A stretch of DNA of 64,000 nt from Diplonema japonicum (lineage: Eukaryota; Protista; Euglenozoa: Diplonemea): assembly GCA_964019335.1 (NCBI GenBank), contig OZ025679.1, forward strand, positions 310,001 to 374,000, given 5' to 3'. The position numbers and the translations under genes are program-made. Positions 10,440 to 23,753 of the stretch are shown piece by piece (positions within the stretch are counted from its first letter, which is position 1; each line of letters starts with the position of its first letter). The notes below the pieces were generated by a model. It searched no databases. It was not told where the DNA came from and saw nothing but the letters and a program-made list of their open reading frames with translations.

Positions 10440-13400
10440 ATGGCGGATGACCCGTTAGCCCCGGCGGTGGTACCAGATACTCTGAAACCGTTTGTAAATT
10501 CCGATGTATTGTACATAAGGCTAATGGATAAAGTGAGCTCAAAGAAGAAGAAACAGAAGAGGGTCTTGGCGTTAACAGGCAGCAGCTTAGTGCTGGCAGA
10601 CCCGCGGAGTGGGAATGTGAAGCGCTTCTTCTCCAACGATATGATCAACTGCATCAAGTGGCAGGACGTTCCAAAGAAAAACGGCCACGAAGAAAAGCAC
10701 GTGGTGCTGGAGGTGGAAGGTGAGCACGACCTAGCACTGTCTCAAATCGACGACAAGAAGAACCCCCCTGGGTCCAGTGCCATCGACTCAGAACTCATTA
10801 CAAAGCTCCCTTTATGGATAAAGAAGCAAACAGGGAAGATCGTTCCTGTGATGGAGATCGACGCCTCACGCGACATAGTGGCCGAGTCCGACAGAGTGCG
10901 CAAGCCGGGATACAATGAAAAAAGGGACAAGATGCTTGATGCCATTCATGATTCTGCGAAGCGGCGGCGGCATGACAAGAAGCACACGCCCAAGGAGGAG
11001 CCCTTGAACCCCGCACCCCCTACCCCATCCACAGCCCCTTCTGAGGCTCGTCTCCAGCCTTCCTTTGCGTCCCAGCCCCTCCAACCTGCCTCTGCAACGG
11101 CTTCTCAACTAACCCCCAGTGCCAGTGTGGCCCGTTGTTCGTCGCCTCGTGAGCCCAGTAGGTGCTCCGTCGCTCTGTCGGCGTGGCCTGAAAGCAACCG
11201 TGCCTCTATGCCCCCCTCCCGGTACTCTGTTGGGCTCTCTCCTGCCAGCTTCCCTCGTACTTATGCGAGTATGGCGCCCTCGAACATCGATGTCCAGTCC
11301 AACTCGCCTTCCCCCGGACGCCGTTCTGTCCTCTTCGCAGGTGGGACACCCGTCCCCACTGGGTCTCCCCGTGCATCGCAGTCCGTGCTGTCATCTGTCG
11401 GCAAGCGGCATACCCTAGACCCTATGTTCAAGCAGATGACAGAGCAGCACGCGGAGATGATGAAGCTGCACGAGGCCATGATGCACAAGCAGAACGATCT
11501 CGCTAGACAGCAGGAGATACTGAACCACCAAAGAGAAGTGCAGGACCTGAAACAGCAAAAAATTATGGACAGCCAGGACATGAGGGTGAGGGACCTGCAG
11601 CAGAAGGAACAGCTGTCGCGTCCCGAAACAGAGGTGTACACAAACAAGATAAATGGTCTTGAGCGGCAGGTGGAGGAGCTGGTTGGTGCCATGGTGCTTA
11701 TGAGCAAGCAGCTGGAGCAGAAAGGACAAAGAGATCTGCTGCCGCTGCCGCCGCCTGAGCCACCACAGCCACTGTTGCACGGCGATCCTGAGAGGGAGTA
11801 TGCGTCACCCGAGCCAGTGGCCATTGCTAGCGAGACCATGACAGAGACGGAGACTGAGACGGAGACGGAGACAGAATACGAAGAAGACGAAGAAGCTGAA
11901 GAATTCATGGAACCCGAGCCTGAACCGGTGCATGTGCCAGCAGTACCTGCAGTACAACTGCGGAGGTCGCCTGTGCCGCCAGACACCATACTTCCCCACA
12001 GGATACCTGTCGTTCCCTCACCGCGCCAACGTGCTAGCATCCTCCGTGTGTCCCCCTCCCCCCCCGACATACCTGTCGATTTCCTTGACACACCAAGAGA
12101 AGCATCTCCCAGCCCCGATGGCCTGCCGGAAGGTTTCCTGTCCATCCCGCAGATTGTGGACGAGGTAGAGGAGCGTCGGGAATTCGTGGTGCCCGTCGAC
12201 CCCGCGGTGGCGCCCTCACCCGAGCCGATGGTGATCCCTCCCGGCAAGTATGTGGGCCCCTTCCCTGTCGATGTTCCTGTCACTGTCTCACACGACGAGC
12301 AAGGCACAAGAGTCATCCTACACTCACCCAGAGAGAATGTTGTTGAGGAGCTGTTCATGGAGAAGATGCACAACGTGCCCCCACCGCCTGAAGTAGAAGC
12401 GGAGATCGTGCAAGTGATGGAAGCAACACGCTCACCGTCTCCTAATGTCCCGATGGGGACACCTGCGCTCCCTGCTGTACCGTCACCTGTTCCTGAAGAA
12501 AGCTTTTTGGGAGACTCCCCCCTGTCAGCTGAGCCAGCGCTAATCGCCCAAATGGAGTCACCTGTTGTTCCAGTGGCTTTATTGCCTGAGGTGGATATTG
12601 AGCCAGTTGATTCTCCAAAAGAAGCACCAGTCTGCAGCCCTGTTCAGCAGCCGAGTCTGCCGTCTTACGACGATGACGTGCCTACAGGCTACCGCAGCAC
12701 GGAGCTGCGGCAGTACATCGCCGAAGAAGCCGAGGCGCTAATATGTGAGGAATCGCCTCAAGCCATGCAAGTCCTCCAGGCCACCCAGGTGCCTGTTGAG
12801 ACACAAGTGCTTCCTCAAAGAAGTGTCATGCGCAACCAAACGGCCCCTACTCAGATCGCACAACAGGTATGGTTTGTGCACACGCATCGACATCACACAG
12901 ACTGCTCTTGCTGACTTAGAGACGCCGCAGAAGCAAGTCGTCGAGCCTGCTGTGGTATGCAACAAACCCACGTCATTCATTTTTCTTTTCCCCTCCATTC
13001 AGACTCCATTTGACATGGCGTTGAAGCGAGCACAGAAAACCACAGCAGCGACCCGTGCCAAGACAAAGGTACAGCACCATCACCCTCGGAGCGCGTCGCC
13101 ATTCAGCGGTGGGTCTCCAGGTATTCTTCACGGGAGTGATGAAGAGCAGCAGTACTTGCAACAACAATTGGCGTTGCTGCAGCAACAATGGAAACAACAG
13201 AAGGAAGATGCTAAGAACCAGCAAGTGGCGGTGCAGCCCATAGTACTCAACGGGGTGCCTACGGTAACGGCTACCCCGACACAGGTGGCCGCAGCACCAG
13301 TGGCAGCACCGGTGATGAAAACGCCTGGTGTGGGGTTCTCTCAGATCCTTGCAGGAGCGGAGGAGCTGCAGGAACAGATCAATACCAAACACAACGAAAT

Positions 13401-13896
13401 GAAGGAATTTCTGAGTTCGGAGATGACGAAGCTGAGCGGGATCATCAAGAAGAGTCGTGACTCCGTGCGGCAGACGCCTGCGACGCCTTCCGTGCACGAC
13501 AAGAAACCGGTGTGGGAGCAGCAGAGCTACGGGAACCCAAGGGCAGCAGTAGCAGAAGGGTCACGGTTGTTGAGGGAGTCACTAAGTGATTTGGCAATGG
13601 CGGACAGAGCAATGCATTTTGCAGAGGCATTGGCCGTTTTGAGTACAGAGGCCTTGGTAAGGGTCCTGTGTGAGTTCGTACCTAGCCACCTGCAAATGAA
13701 CCTCGACAGCACCTGGCCCAGTGTTGTGCAGCAGTACCAACAGAAGGCAGCAGAACGTCTTCAGCAACAGTCGAGCTACTACCAACGACCTCATCTTCAG
13801 CGTGCCCCTGCAGCTGGGATGCTTCAGACGAAAAGGACGTCTCCTCCACGGAGGGTGCCCTGCCCACCTGGTCATCAACTTTTATATGGGACGTGA
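10440..13896 (+). CDS. Large Pro-rich/coiled-coil protein with N-terminal PH-like beta domain; exons 10440-12866, 12901-12954, 13003-13896
   Basis: GT-AG intron 12867-12900 joins ORFs 10440 and 12745 in phase 0; second in-frame intron 12955-13002 is inferred; N-terminal KVSSKKKKQKRVLALTGSSLVLAD is PH/TH1-like. Confidence 0.75.
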
Positions 13897-14619
13897 TGTT
13901 TTAAGTCGTGTTTTTAGAGTGATTTTGTGAAATGAAAATTCTTTTTTCTGATTTACCCTCCAAAAGAGGAGCCCCGTTGTATTTAATGTATTTAGAGTCA
14001 TTCCCCCCCGCCCTCCCCACTCTCTTTTATGGTTTCTATGAAAGAATCGAAAAAAGCGAAAAAAAGAAGAAAACACGCGGAGATACTATTTATAAAAAAA
14101 AAAAAAAAAGAAAATAAGGGAGGGGGGAAAACAAAGAAGAATTGAGATAAAAAAAAAGCCTCTTTTCCCTTTGATTTATATTTTGTACGAAAGGTTTTTA
14201 CGCCCATTGATTTGCGGATCGTTGAAAAAAAAAAAAAAAAAAAAAAAAAAAAGCCCCTTTTTTTTCTCTCTCTTTTCTGCTCTTTGTTTTTCTCTTTTTT
14301 CTTTTGTATATCTTCTGTGTTTTTTTTTCTTTCTTTTTTCCCTTTCTCTTCTTTTTTCCCCTTCCCGCTTGTTAAACCTTTTCTTTTGTTTTTTTTTTTT
14401 TTTTCCCCCTTACGGAGGCCTCATGCGGAATTTGTAGCAACATCGATTTGTCTTTTTTGTTCTTGAGGTCTTCAGCTGTATTGTGTTTACGTTAGATTGA
14501 AAAAAAAAAAAAAAAAAGAGTATTTGCAACTTTGCATGCTTACCTAATTCGTCCCTCTCACTTCCCCTTTTCCCTTCCTTGCTGTATAACCTTTTTTTCT
14601 ACTTTTCTCCTTTTAATAG

Positions 14620-14657
<38 letters not shown>

Positions 14658-14750
14658 ATGCACTAAACAGACACTCCTTTCCCCAATTTCCTTTTTTTTT
14701 TTTTTTTTTTCTCTCTTCTTTTTTTACACATAACAACGAGCGAGAAAAAA

Positions 14751-15658
14751 ATGGCAGAAGATGACCGCATATCGGAGGTGTCGGTGAGCGAGGAGGAATC
14801 GTGCGAAAGCTTTGCGGTATATTTCGGGGGGAAAAAAAAAAAAAAAAAAAACAGACGGAGGATGAAGAGGCCTTCCAAAAGGAGCAGTACATGTACGCAA
14901 TGGGCCAGGAAGAGCGCAAGGCGCAGGAAGAGAAAGCCGAGCAGCAACGAAAGCTGCAAGAACGAGAGGCCCAGTCCGAAACACGACGCGAAATGAGAAG
15001 AAAGGAAGAAGAAGAACGCCTTGTCTCTTTAGGAAGGCGCAACGTCATCGTCGTTATATGGGACGGGTACGACGAGATGACCGCAGTCACCATCATCGAC
15101 GTCCTGAGAGCAGCAGGCGTCAATGTTGTAATAGCAGCTGTGGGGAACAACGGACTGGGAAAAGACTGCGTCCCTGTTAAGAGCGCGGTTGGGAGGCACG
15201 GGGTGTCCTTGCTAGCTGACGTGGCATTCGAGACAACATGCAACAGCAATTTTCATCTTTTCAATGCTTTGGTCATACCCGGAGGGAGCAACCAGCACAT
15301 TCCCACGTCCCACAGAAAGCTTCGTTCATTGGTCAAGACACTCTCTTACAAGGAAAAGTTCATCTGTGCCGCGGGGGAGACCCCGTTCACGCTGCTTCCA
15401 AAATGCGGGATCACCAAGTCCCGTGCTGTGACGGGGTGCCCCCCCCACCCCGGCACCCTGCCCTCTTCCACGTTCAAGTCTGTTCTCGACATCCCTGTTC
15501 ACGTTGACTACAATGTCGTCACATGCAAGACAGCAGCGAATGCGATTGAGTTCGCCTTGACCGTGATAAAATGTATCTTCGCCGATGAAGCTGTTGCTGT
15601 GAAAACTGCGAAAGAGTTGGGTTATGAGGGTTTTGCCCCTACCTTGAAACCGGAGTAG
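14751..15658 (+). CDS. DJ-1/PfpI (ThiJ-like) domain protein with charged N-terminal extension; intron 14817-14854
   Basis: DGYDEMTAVTIIDVLRAAG, NALVIPGG and VHVDYNVVTCK...AIEFALTVI motifs; the 38-nt intron restores frame. Confidence 0.88.
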
Positions 15659-15746
15659 TTTTCTTTTTTTTTTTTTTTTTTTTTCCTTCAAAAAAAAAAA
15701 AAAAAAAAAAAAAAGTAAAGGTTGGGAGTGGGGTGTAGGTGCGCAC

Positions 15747-16312
15747 ATGAACAGCACCCCTGAGCAACCCGAAACGGAGCTTTGGGAAGACGGCAGGCTG
15801 ACGCTGCTGTTGATCTTCACAGGGGGCTTTGTGCTGTTATGCTGCATGATACTGTGCTTCTGTCAATGGATCGTGCGGCAGAGCGATTACTACCAAGACG
15901 CATGGTTTTGCCGGGCTGAGTCGGACGGGTGCTTAGATCCACATTCGTGTTCCAAGATAGAGCAGTGCTATGCAGAGAAGGAGTCTGAAGACGAAGAGGA
16001 GTGTGACCAGGGCTTTGACACCCCGAAGCCCCCCGACCTTGGGAGGGGGATGCCAGACAGCGAGGAGGGCGATGGGTCACACCCCCATCATGATGTCATC
16101 TCTGTCCAGGAACTGCAATTCTCACCTGCACTGCAAGCATCCCATCAACCACCTACTAGTGGTACGCAGACTCACACCCCTGCTACAGCGCCTGCTGCAG
16201 GGGACATAACAGAATGGAGGTGTGTTTTTATTTTTTGGGGGGGGAAATAAAAAAAAAAAAAAACAGTGACAAGGAGTCTGAACAAACTGACCATGCTTTA
16301 TCAGATGAATAA
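15747..16312 (+). CDS. Single-pass membrane protein with juxtamembrane Cys; intron 16220-16266
   Basis: Hydrophobic LTLLLIFTGGFVLLCCMILCFC; a phase-2 intron gives the terminal exon SDKESEQTDHALSDE*. Confidence 0.7.
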
Positions 16313-17350
16313 TGAATAAAAGGAAGGAAAAAATTTCATAAAATAGAAAATTGAGGGGGGGGGGGGGGGGAGGGAGGGATAAATAGAACTAGAAAGTTTT
16401 TCGAAAGAGAAAAGAAAAGAAAAAAAGGGGAGACAAAGGTTTAAACATTTTAAAACCCTTCTTAAAACCCACCCAGTTAGAGCGCCGCTTTTTTTTTTTT
16501 TTTTTTTTTTTTTTTGTTGGCATGTAAAACTCGTTTCCATCCGTTTTTTATTTTATTTTTTTTTTTAATGCGGAAACGTTTCCACGTTTTTTTTTTTTTT
16601 TGTCTAACAATTTGACAAAATAGACAACTATTCGTTGGCTTTCGGTTTGCGCACAAACAAAACGCCAGGACAGTTTCTAGTTTCACTTTCGCAGGGCAAA
16701 AAAAAAAAAAAAAAAAAAAAAAAAAGAAACTCTAAGCATAAAGTGCAAGCACATGGTTGTAGTTGTGAGTTGTAGAATTTGAAGTTTTTTCTTTTTCTTT
16801 TTTTTTCTTGTTGTCCTTTTCCAGAGTCAAACAACAAATTACAATGATCCAATCTGCGCAGCACACTGGCACTGAGCGGAAGATTTTCTCTGTTCTTTTA
16901 AAGTTTTTTTCTTTCCCTTCTTTTTTTTAAATTCCTTGGGTAAGGCAAGTTGTGAAAAATATCCGCCAAGTAGAGGCGATGGAAGGTTCAAAAAAGAAAA
17001 AAAACCTAAGAATAAAAAGAAAGAAAAAAAAAAAAGAAAAAAAAAAGAAGAAAAAAACCGTTTTTTTAGAAGAAAAGAAATCTGCAATGAAGGGGGGGTC
17101 GCTTTGCTAACAAAACTTCTCTCCTCTCCCCTCCTTCATAGCGAAATTTCTTCTTTTTTTTTTGTGGTTTACTTTCTCAGTCTTCTGTCCTTATTCTTTC
17201 GTTTTCCATTTTTTTTCTTGTCTCATGCTTTATGTTGCTTACTATCATGGAAAAATCTCACACCCTTGCATTTTTTTTTTTTTCCCCGCCCAATTTATAC
17301 CCTGTCACAAGGAGAGGAGGAGGAGGAAACAAAACCAAAAAAAAAAAAAA

Positions 17351-20300
17351 ATGGGGGGAACATGCTGCAAGTCAGACGCAGGCCCCGAAGAGGGCGAAGA
17401 AAGGATGATCACAGTAGCAAGCGGAAATGAAGGTTTCCGCGACAACTGCATCGTGTCATCGAAATACGTATTGTGGCTCCCTCTACACTACCGGTTCTTC
17501 ATTTGGAAGAATCTTTTTGAACAGTTCCATAAGGTTGCAAACTTGTACTTCCTGCTGATGTCCGGGTTGATGCAGATCCCAGGCATCTCGCCGTTTGGAA
17601 GATGGCCAACATTGTTAACCCTTATCGGGGTTGTCATCGTGTCCATGATCAAAGCTGTTCATGAAGATGTTAAACGTCATCGAGACGACGCCAAGAAGGA
17701 CGGAACAGAAGTAAAAATCCTCAAAGACGGGGAGTGGACCACCGTAACCTGGAAAGACGTTAAAGTAGGCCACGTGGTACTCATTGAACACCACGATTCC
17801 GATGTCCACGACAAAGGTCGAACCGGTGTACCCGTTCCTGCTGACATCGTGTTGATTTCAACGTCAGAAGGAACGAACGGTGTCGGCTACGTGGAAACCA
17901 TGGACTTGGACGGGGAGACCAACTTGAAACCGAAGTCCGTGCTCAATTTCGAGTCCGTTCCCGGTATGCCCGACAACGAGATCGAGAGAAAACACTATTT
18001 CATGGACGCGAAGCGTGCCGGGTCGGAGCCTCTTAACAATTCTTCCTTGAAGTGCGACTCACCTCACGCCGATCTTACAAAATTCTGGGGCAGCCTTACC
18101 ATAGCGGGGAAAGAGGTTCCTATTGACATACACAACGTTATGCTGCGCGGTGCGAGAATGTCGAAAACAGAAGCTGCTGTTGGGATTGCTGTGTACACCG
18201 GGCATGACACCCGTCTTGGGAACAACATGCGCGAACCAAGGACAAAAATGTCGCGTTTGGACAGGCTGACCAATATCCGTTTATTACTCATCTTTGGGAT
18301 CCAACTGTTCATTTGCATTGTGTCTGCGATCGGGTTCCGTGCCTGGCGTCAGGACCACGGCAGCGACTCCTACTACCTCGACTTCCCTTCGGACAGTGCC
18401 GACGCTGCCGCCGTCTCCTTCTTCACATTCTTCATCTTGTACGGGAACCTCATTCCCATCTCATTGTATGTGTCGATGGAGATGACGAAGATGATCCAAG
18501 GCCGCTTCATCGTGCGCGACCTTGCGATGTACGACGAGACGAAGGACCTCCCCGCAAACGTCAAAACAACAGACATCAACGACGAGCTGGGTGCCGTCGC
18601 GCACGTCTTCAGCGACAAGACCGGGACGCTCACACAGAATGTGATGCAAATGTTCAAGTTCAACTGCGACGGCGAGACCTTCGGGACGGGCATCACGTCC
18701 ATCGGGAAGTCGCGTGCGGAGCGCATGGGCGGCACGACTGTGGACCCACGTCCTGCAAGGGTCATCGATAGCCAGACCTGGCCTTTGTACGATGAGAGGA
18801 TCCAGGATTGGGACACCGGGAAGCGAGTATGGGCGAGTGACATGCCACCCGTCACCTCGACGGAAATACGTAAGATGTTTGAGACGCTAGCGGTGTGCAA
18901 CACAATCGTGCCGAGCGGCGGTGGCGCAAGGCCTGCATCAAAGCGTGGTGTGTCTGTCGGACTGCTGGAGGCGGAGTCCCCAGACGAACTGGCCCTCGTC
19001 ACTGCAGCTGGCGAGATGGGCGTGGCCCTTGCCGAGGCCGACCAGGAGAAGAAGGTCGTTGAGATGCACCGTTCCGTCGTGCCGTCAGCAGAGCGTAACG
19101 CCACTGAAGACGAGTGGATCCGCACAACGTGGAAGCAGCTAGCAGTCATCGAATTCGATTCCGACAGAAAGAGGATGGCGGTCGTCGCACGCAAGCACGA
19201 CCCCTCGCACCCCCATGGGGGCACCATCCACTTGTTCATGAAGGGCGCCGACAACGTAATGGAGCCCCTGCTGATGAGCTATGACAAGGGCTGGAAGACG
19301 CCCGAGATGGTGCAGAACTACGTTGAGGGGGGAAGGAACTGGGCGGCGGGGGCAGACGAGACGGAGACGAACCAACGCGAGGTGTGGATGAAGGAGAACA
19401 AGTGGAAGACGCTGAAGAACTACTCAAACTGGCTGGAGGCAGGGAGAGGGTACAAGGGAAAACAAAAGCTCATGGAACACATGGAGGAGCTGGAAGCAGC
19501 AAAAACCGCCGAGTTCTACCAAACATGGTGGGCAACACATGACAAAGACGTAGCGGACACTGGGATAGACCTGTCAGAACAAGGTCTGCGCATTTTGTAC
19601 ATTGCACGAAGGGAGGTACCCGAGAGGGAATGGGAAACATGGGGCGTGGAGTGGACACAGGCGATCAAAATAGTTTCCGAGGACGACAGAAATGCCGCGA
19701 AGAAAGGTCTCGCAGCTCAACTGGAACAGGACCTGGCTCTGGTGGGCGTCACTGCCATCGAGGACAAGCTCCAGGCCAAGGTACCAGAGACAATCGCATC
19801 CCTAAGAGAAGCGGGCATCAAGGTGTGGATGATCACAGGGGACAAAAAGACCACCGCCATCAACATCGGGCATGCTTGCCTCTTGCTGGACAAAACACTC
19901 GACGACCCTACGAGCGATCCTCCTATCAACCCCATCGAGCTCGACGGGGAAGGGAAGGACAAAGCACAAATCATCAAGGACTTGGACAAAGCGGTATATA
20001 AACACAAAAAAAGAGAAAAAAACCAAATCCCTACCCACAGCATGCGCTTGCTACTAAGAGGAAACAAGAGGGTGTGGACTACGCAGTGGTCATCACGTCG
20101 AGCGCACTAAAGGTGATCTTTGCACCTGACGATGACGTGGGCAAGCAGAAGTCATCATTCGACGACTGCAGCGGTGAGGCCGCGGATAAGGTATGACGCA
20201 TGAAAAGGGGAAATGGAAAAGAACCCACGCCCAACCCCCAGCTCTATGATATCACGTTCGAAGCGAAGTCCGTCATCGTGGCCCGGGCCACACCTATGCA

Positions 20301-20481
20301 GAAGGCACAGGTAGTCAATATGATAAAGTCGCGAAACGAGTGGAACGTCACCCTCGCCATCGGCGATGGTGCCAACGATGTTGCCATGATTCAGCAAGCG
20401 CACATCGGGATTGGGATCAAGGGTCTTGAAGGGGGGCAGGCTGCAGCGCAGTCTGATTATGCCATCGGGCAGTTTAGGTGT

Positions 20482-20514
<33 letters not shown>

Positions 20515-21658
20515 CCGGCGACAAATTAAAAAAAAAAAAAAATTGCAGATTCCTTCACCGTCTCCTCTTCGTCCACGGCCGGTGGAACTACCGCCGACTG
20601 GCGCTGTTCTACTGTTATTTCTTCTACAAGAACGCTGTGCTCAGCTTTTCCCTGTTTTTCTACAATTTTTTGAACGGGTTTTCCGGGCAGCCGCTGTACG
20701 ACATGTGGGTATGCTCCCTGCAAAAAAAGAAAAAAAACAACCCACAGGTTGTCGCCGGATTCAACGTTTCATGGGCAGCCCTCCCTGTCATCACCGTGGC
20801 CATCATCGACAGGGACATCGTCAACACCAACAACTTACACAATTTCCCGCTGTTGTATAAACACGTATGACCCAACAAAACAAAACCAAAAAAAAAAAAG
20901 AAAAAAAAAAACAGGGCCGGATGAACCACGACTACACCTCAAGAAGAATGGCTCAATGGTATATGAACGCTGTTTTCCATGCAATTCTATGCGTGTATAT
21001 ACCAGTGGTAGCGACACTCGAGGCTAATATACTGGACAAGGACGGAAGGGACTACGGCTTGTTCCATCTGGGTGTCCTTGTGTACACAAACGTAGTGCTA
21101 TGTGTCACCCTGAAACTTGCTCTGCACGTCAGCTCGTGGACATGGCTGCACCATATATTCTTTTGGTGCTCGTTTGCAACATGGCCGATATTCTTGGTTC
21201 TGTACGGCGCTGTGTTCTTCTCTTACGGTACTATGAATGGTGAGCTAGAAGATTCAGCGTCTTGGGCCATGTTCTGGATGATACTCATTACTACTATGTA
21301 CGCCTGTCTCACAAGAGACTTTGTCTGGCGTTATATTTCGTACAGAGTAATGCCATTGCTGCCCCCGTCTGAGCTTGAGACGCTGATCCAAGGCAGGGTC
21401 AATGAACCGGGCTTCCGTAGTTCCTGTACTGTGAGGCCCATGACGCTTCTTAAGATAGTTAGGCTGCTTGACTCTGCGAAGGATGGTTCTTCTTGGGAAA
21501 AACCTGTTGAGCTGCAAGATGTTCATGAACCGTTTAACGAGGATACCGTTGAGGCAAAGAAACGGATGAAGGACGAGGCTCGGTTCGGAACATTTATCGG
21601 AGATTGTGGTATTTCCCCAAAGAGAAACCCCAATGTTCAAAAGAAGGTGAAGGAATAA
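17351..21658 (+). CDS. P4-type phospholipid-transporting ATPase (flippase); introns 19994-20040, 20191-20241, 20478-20548, 20709-20747, 20865-20914
   Basis: [33 protein letters not shown]; [17 protein letters not shown] is restored across an intron. Confidence 0.96.
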
Positions 21659-21678
21659 AAAAAATAAAAAAATTGGGG

Positions 21679-21711
<33 letters not shown>

Positions 21712-23083
21712 CTTTTCTTGGGAACAAGAAAAAAAAAATGTTTTTTTTTTTTTTTTTTTTTTTTTGTACTTGTATGGGCGAACAATAAAAAAAAAAGAAA
21801 ATTATAAAATAAAAAAAAAAAACTGAAAATGAAAAGGGAAAAAAAAAAAAAAAAAAAAAAAAAATCTTTATATCCTGTAAAACATCCACCTCTCATTCCC
21901 CCCCCCCCTTTTTTTTCCATATCTTTTTTTTTTTCCTTCTTTTTTTTTCCCCCCCACCCTCCGTTCAGTTTTCGTTCGCGTGATCGGAAATAGGGGAAAC
22001 GGAAGAGGAAAAAAAAAAGAAAAATCCGGTTTAGAAACCAAAGAAAATGAGGAATAAGTCCATATAAATGTACCATCCCCCCCCCCCCCCCCCCCCGCCA
22101 ATGGTTCTTTTTTTTTCTTTTGAGGGGCAGACTTCTTTTCTTTGGCAACTCTTCTTTTTTTCCTCTGATCAACGGACGTCGAAAAAAACTCACTTTCAAT
22201 TCATCAAAAAAAAGAGGGGGGGGGAGAGATATAAAGAAATGAACATAAGAAAGAGTAGATGTAAACACATAGGAGATTTAGCGAATAAGACTCCAAGGGA
22301 GTGCCTCACAAGATTTCGTTGAATTCACCTACGGGATCGGCATCTCTTCCTCAATGGGGGAGCTCTTTTTTTTCTCTTTTTTTTTTCTCCTTCTTTTTCT
22401 TTCAGTATTCATTCCAATTTCTAGGAAGGGCGCCCCTTTCCTCCTCCCATTTTTCCTAACCTCAAGAAAAAATGCTTTTGCCTCCTCGGCAGGGTGTATA
22501 TACAACGGTATAAAAAGGCAATATTTCCCTCCCCCTTCCCCTTTTTTTTTTATATCCCTGAAAGATCTCTTAAAAAAAAAGAAAAATGCTCCTTCTCCCT
22601 ACCTTTTTTTTTTTTTTTTTTAAAGAATAGAAGAATGAAAGCCCCAAAAGAAATTAAAGGAGCACACAAAAAAAAAGGGATTTTTTTTTGTTGCCCTCTC
22701 GCTTCTTGTCTTCATTTCTTTTTGTTTTTTTGAGTTTTAACAATAATATTATTATTGTTGAGACTAAGGCTAGTTGATGGGACGCGCAATGAGCTATTTT
22801 ATTAGGTAAAATCCCGCTCGTGTGCGCACAGACAGATGAAGCGCCAAACTAGTTTTTTTTTTTTCAAGGGGGCGTCTCACAAAGACTTCCTTTAACTCAC
22901 ATATTTTTTTTTCTTCTTCTTCTTATGGGGAGTGATTATTTCTCACCCTGTGCCCGTTTTCCTTCCTTTTGTTTCCCCCTCTTTTTTTTTCTCCCACCCC
23001 CCCCCCCCCCCTGCTGACAAAATTCAATAAAATACTACCCTGCCAAAAAAAAAAAAAAAAAGAAAAGAAAAAAAAAAGGAAAA

Positions 23084-23321
23084 ATGAGAACTCCGATGAT
23101 TGCGTTTAGGTATGGCGTGCGCGAAACGGCTAAAACTGCCACTACTGCCGCCTCTTCTGGCTTTTTGCGGTACAGTGACCTTCCTAGTCGCCTGCAGAAA
23201 AAGCCGATTTCTGAAAAGGAGATGATAATGATTCAGGTGTGAGAAAGGGGCACAATGAGGAAAACACACAAAAACACAGATGGGTGGTGCTGAAGACTAT
23301 GAACCGAAGAAAAGGAGATAA
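23084..23321 (+). CDS. KGD4: KGD4/MRPS36-like 2-oxoglutarate dehydrogenase adaptor, 64 aa; exons 23084-23236 and 23280-23321
   Basis: Spliced product MRTPMIAFRYGVRETAKTATTAASSGFLRYSDLPSRLQKKPISEKEMIMIQMGGAEDYEPKKRR has the N-terminal PxIxF and C-terminal LPxRxxxKPISxxExxxIxxGGA motifs; absent from the ORF track. Confidence 0.85.
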
Positions 23322-23715
23322 GATTCGTGTTGCGGGAAAAAAAAAAAAAAAAAAAAAAAAAACGAAGAACGAAATATTTTAATTTTTTTTTGTTCACCCC
23401 CCCCCTTTCCCAAAAACCTAACACGGCCCTTTTTTGTTTCAGTGTACTCGCAAGTGATGGTGCTGACTTCTTTTTTTTTTTTTAAGGCACCTCTCAGGCA
23501 AGCCAGTCTGAGGGGCACCGCACAGGTTAGAAACTCGCTCCAATGTGTTGCTGGACTACAAATTCCCCCACCACCCCATGTACATGATACACTTGGAGCG
23601 CCGGTTGACCTGTCACCCTGACGTTAAAAGATCGAGCTTGTTTTTTTTTTTTTTTTTTTTTTTTGTGATGAACAGGGAAAAAAAAAAGAGGGTGGTGGAA
23701 GAGGGAGGGAGAGGG

Positions 23716-23753
<38 letters not shown>

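Noticed and set aside
11261-12373. Long antisense ORFs (also 18373-19254, 31415-32410, 53134-53961)
   Set aside because: Shadows of + strand CDSs with no independent motifs
13932-14764. Poly-Lys/poly-Phe ORFs here and in all other spacers
   Set aside because: They are translations of A/T homopolymer runs, not genes
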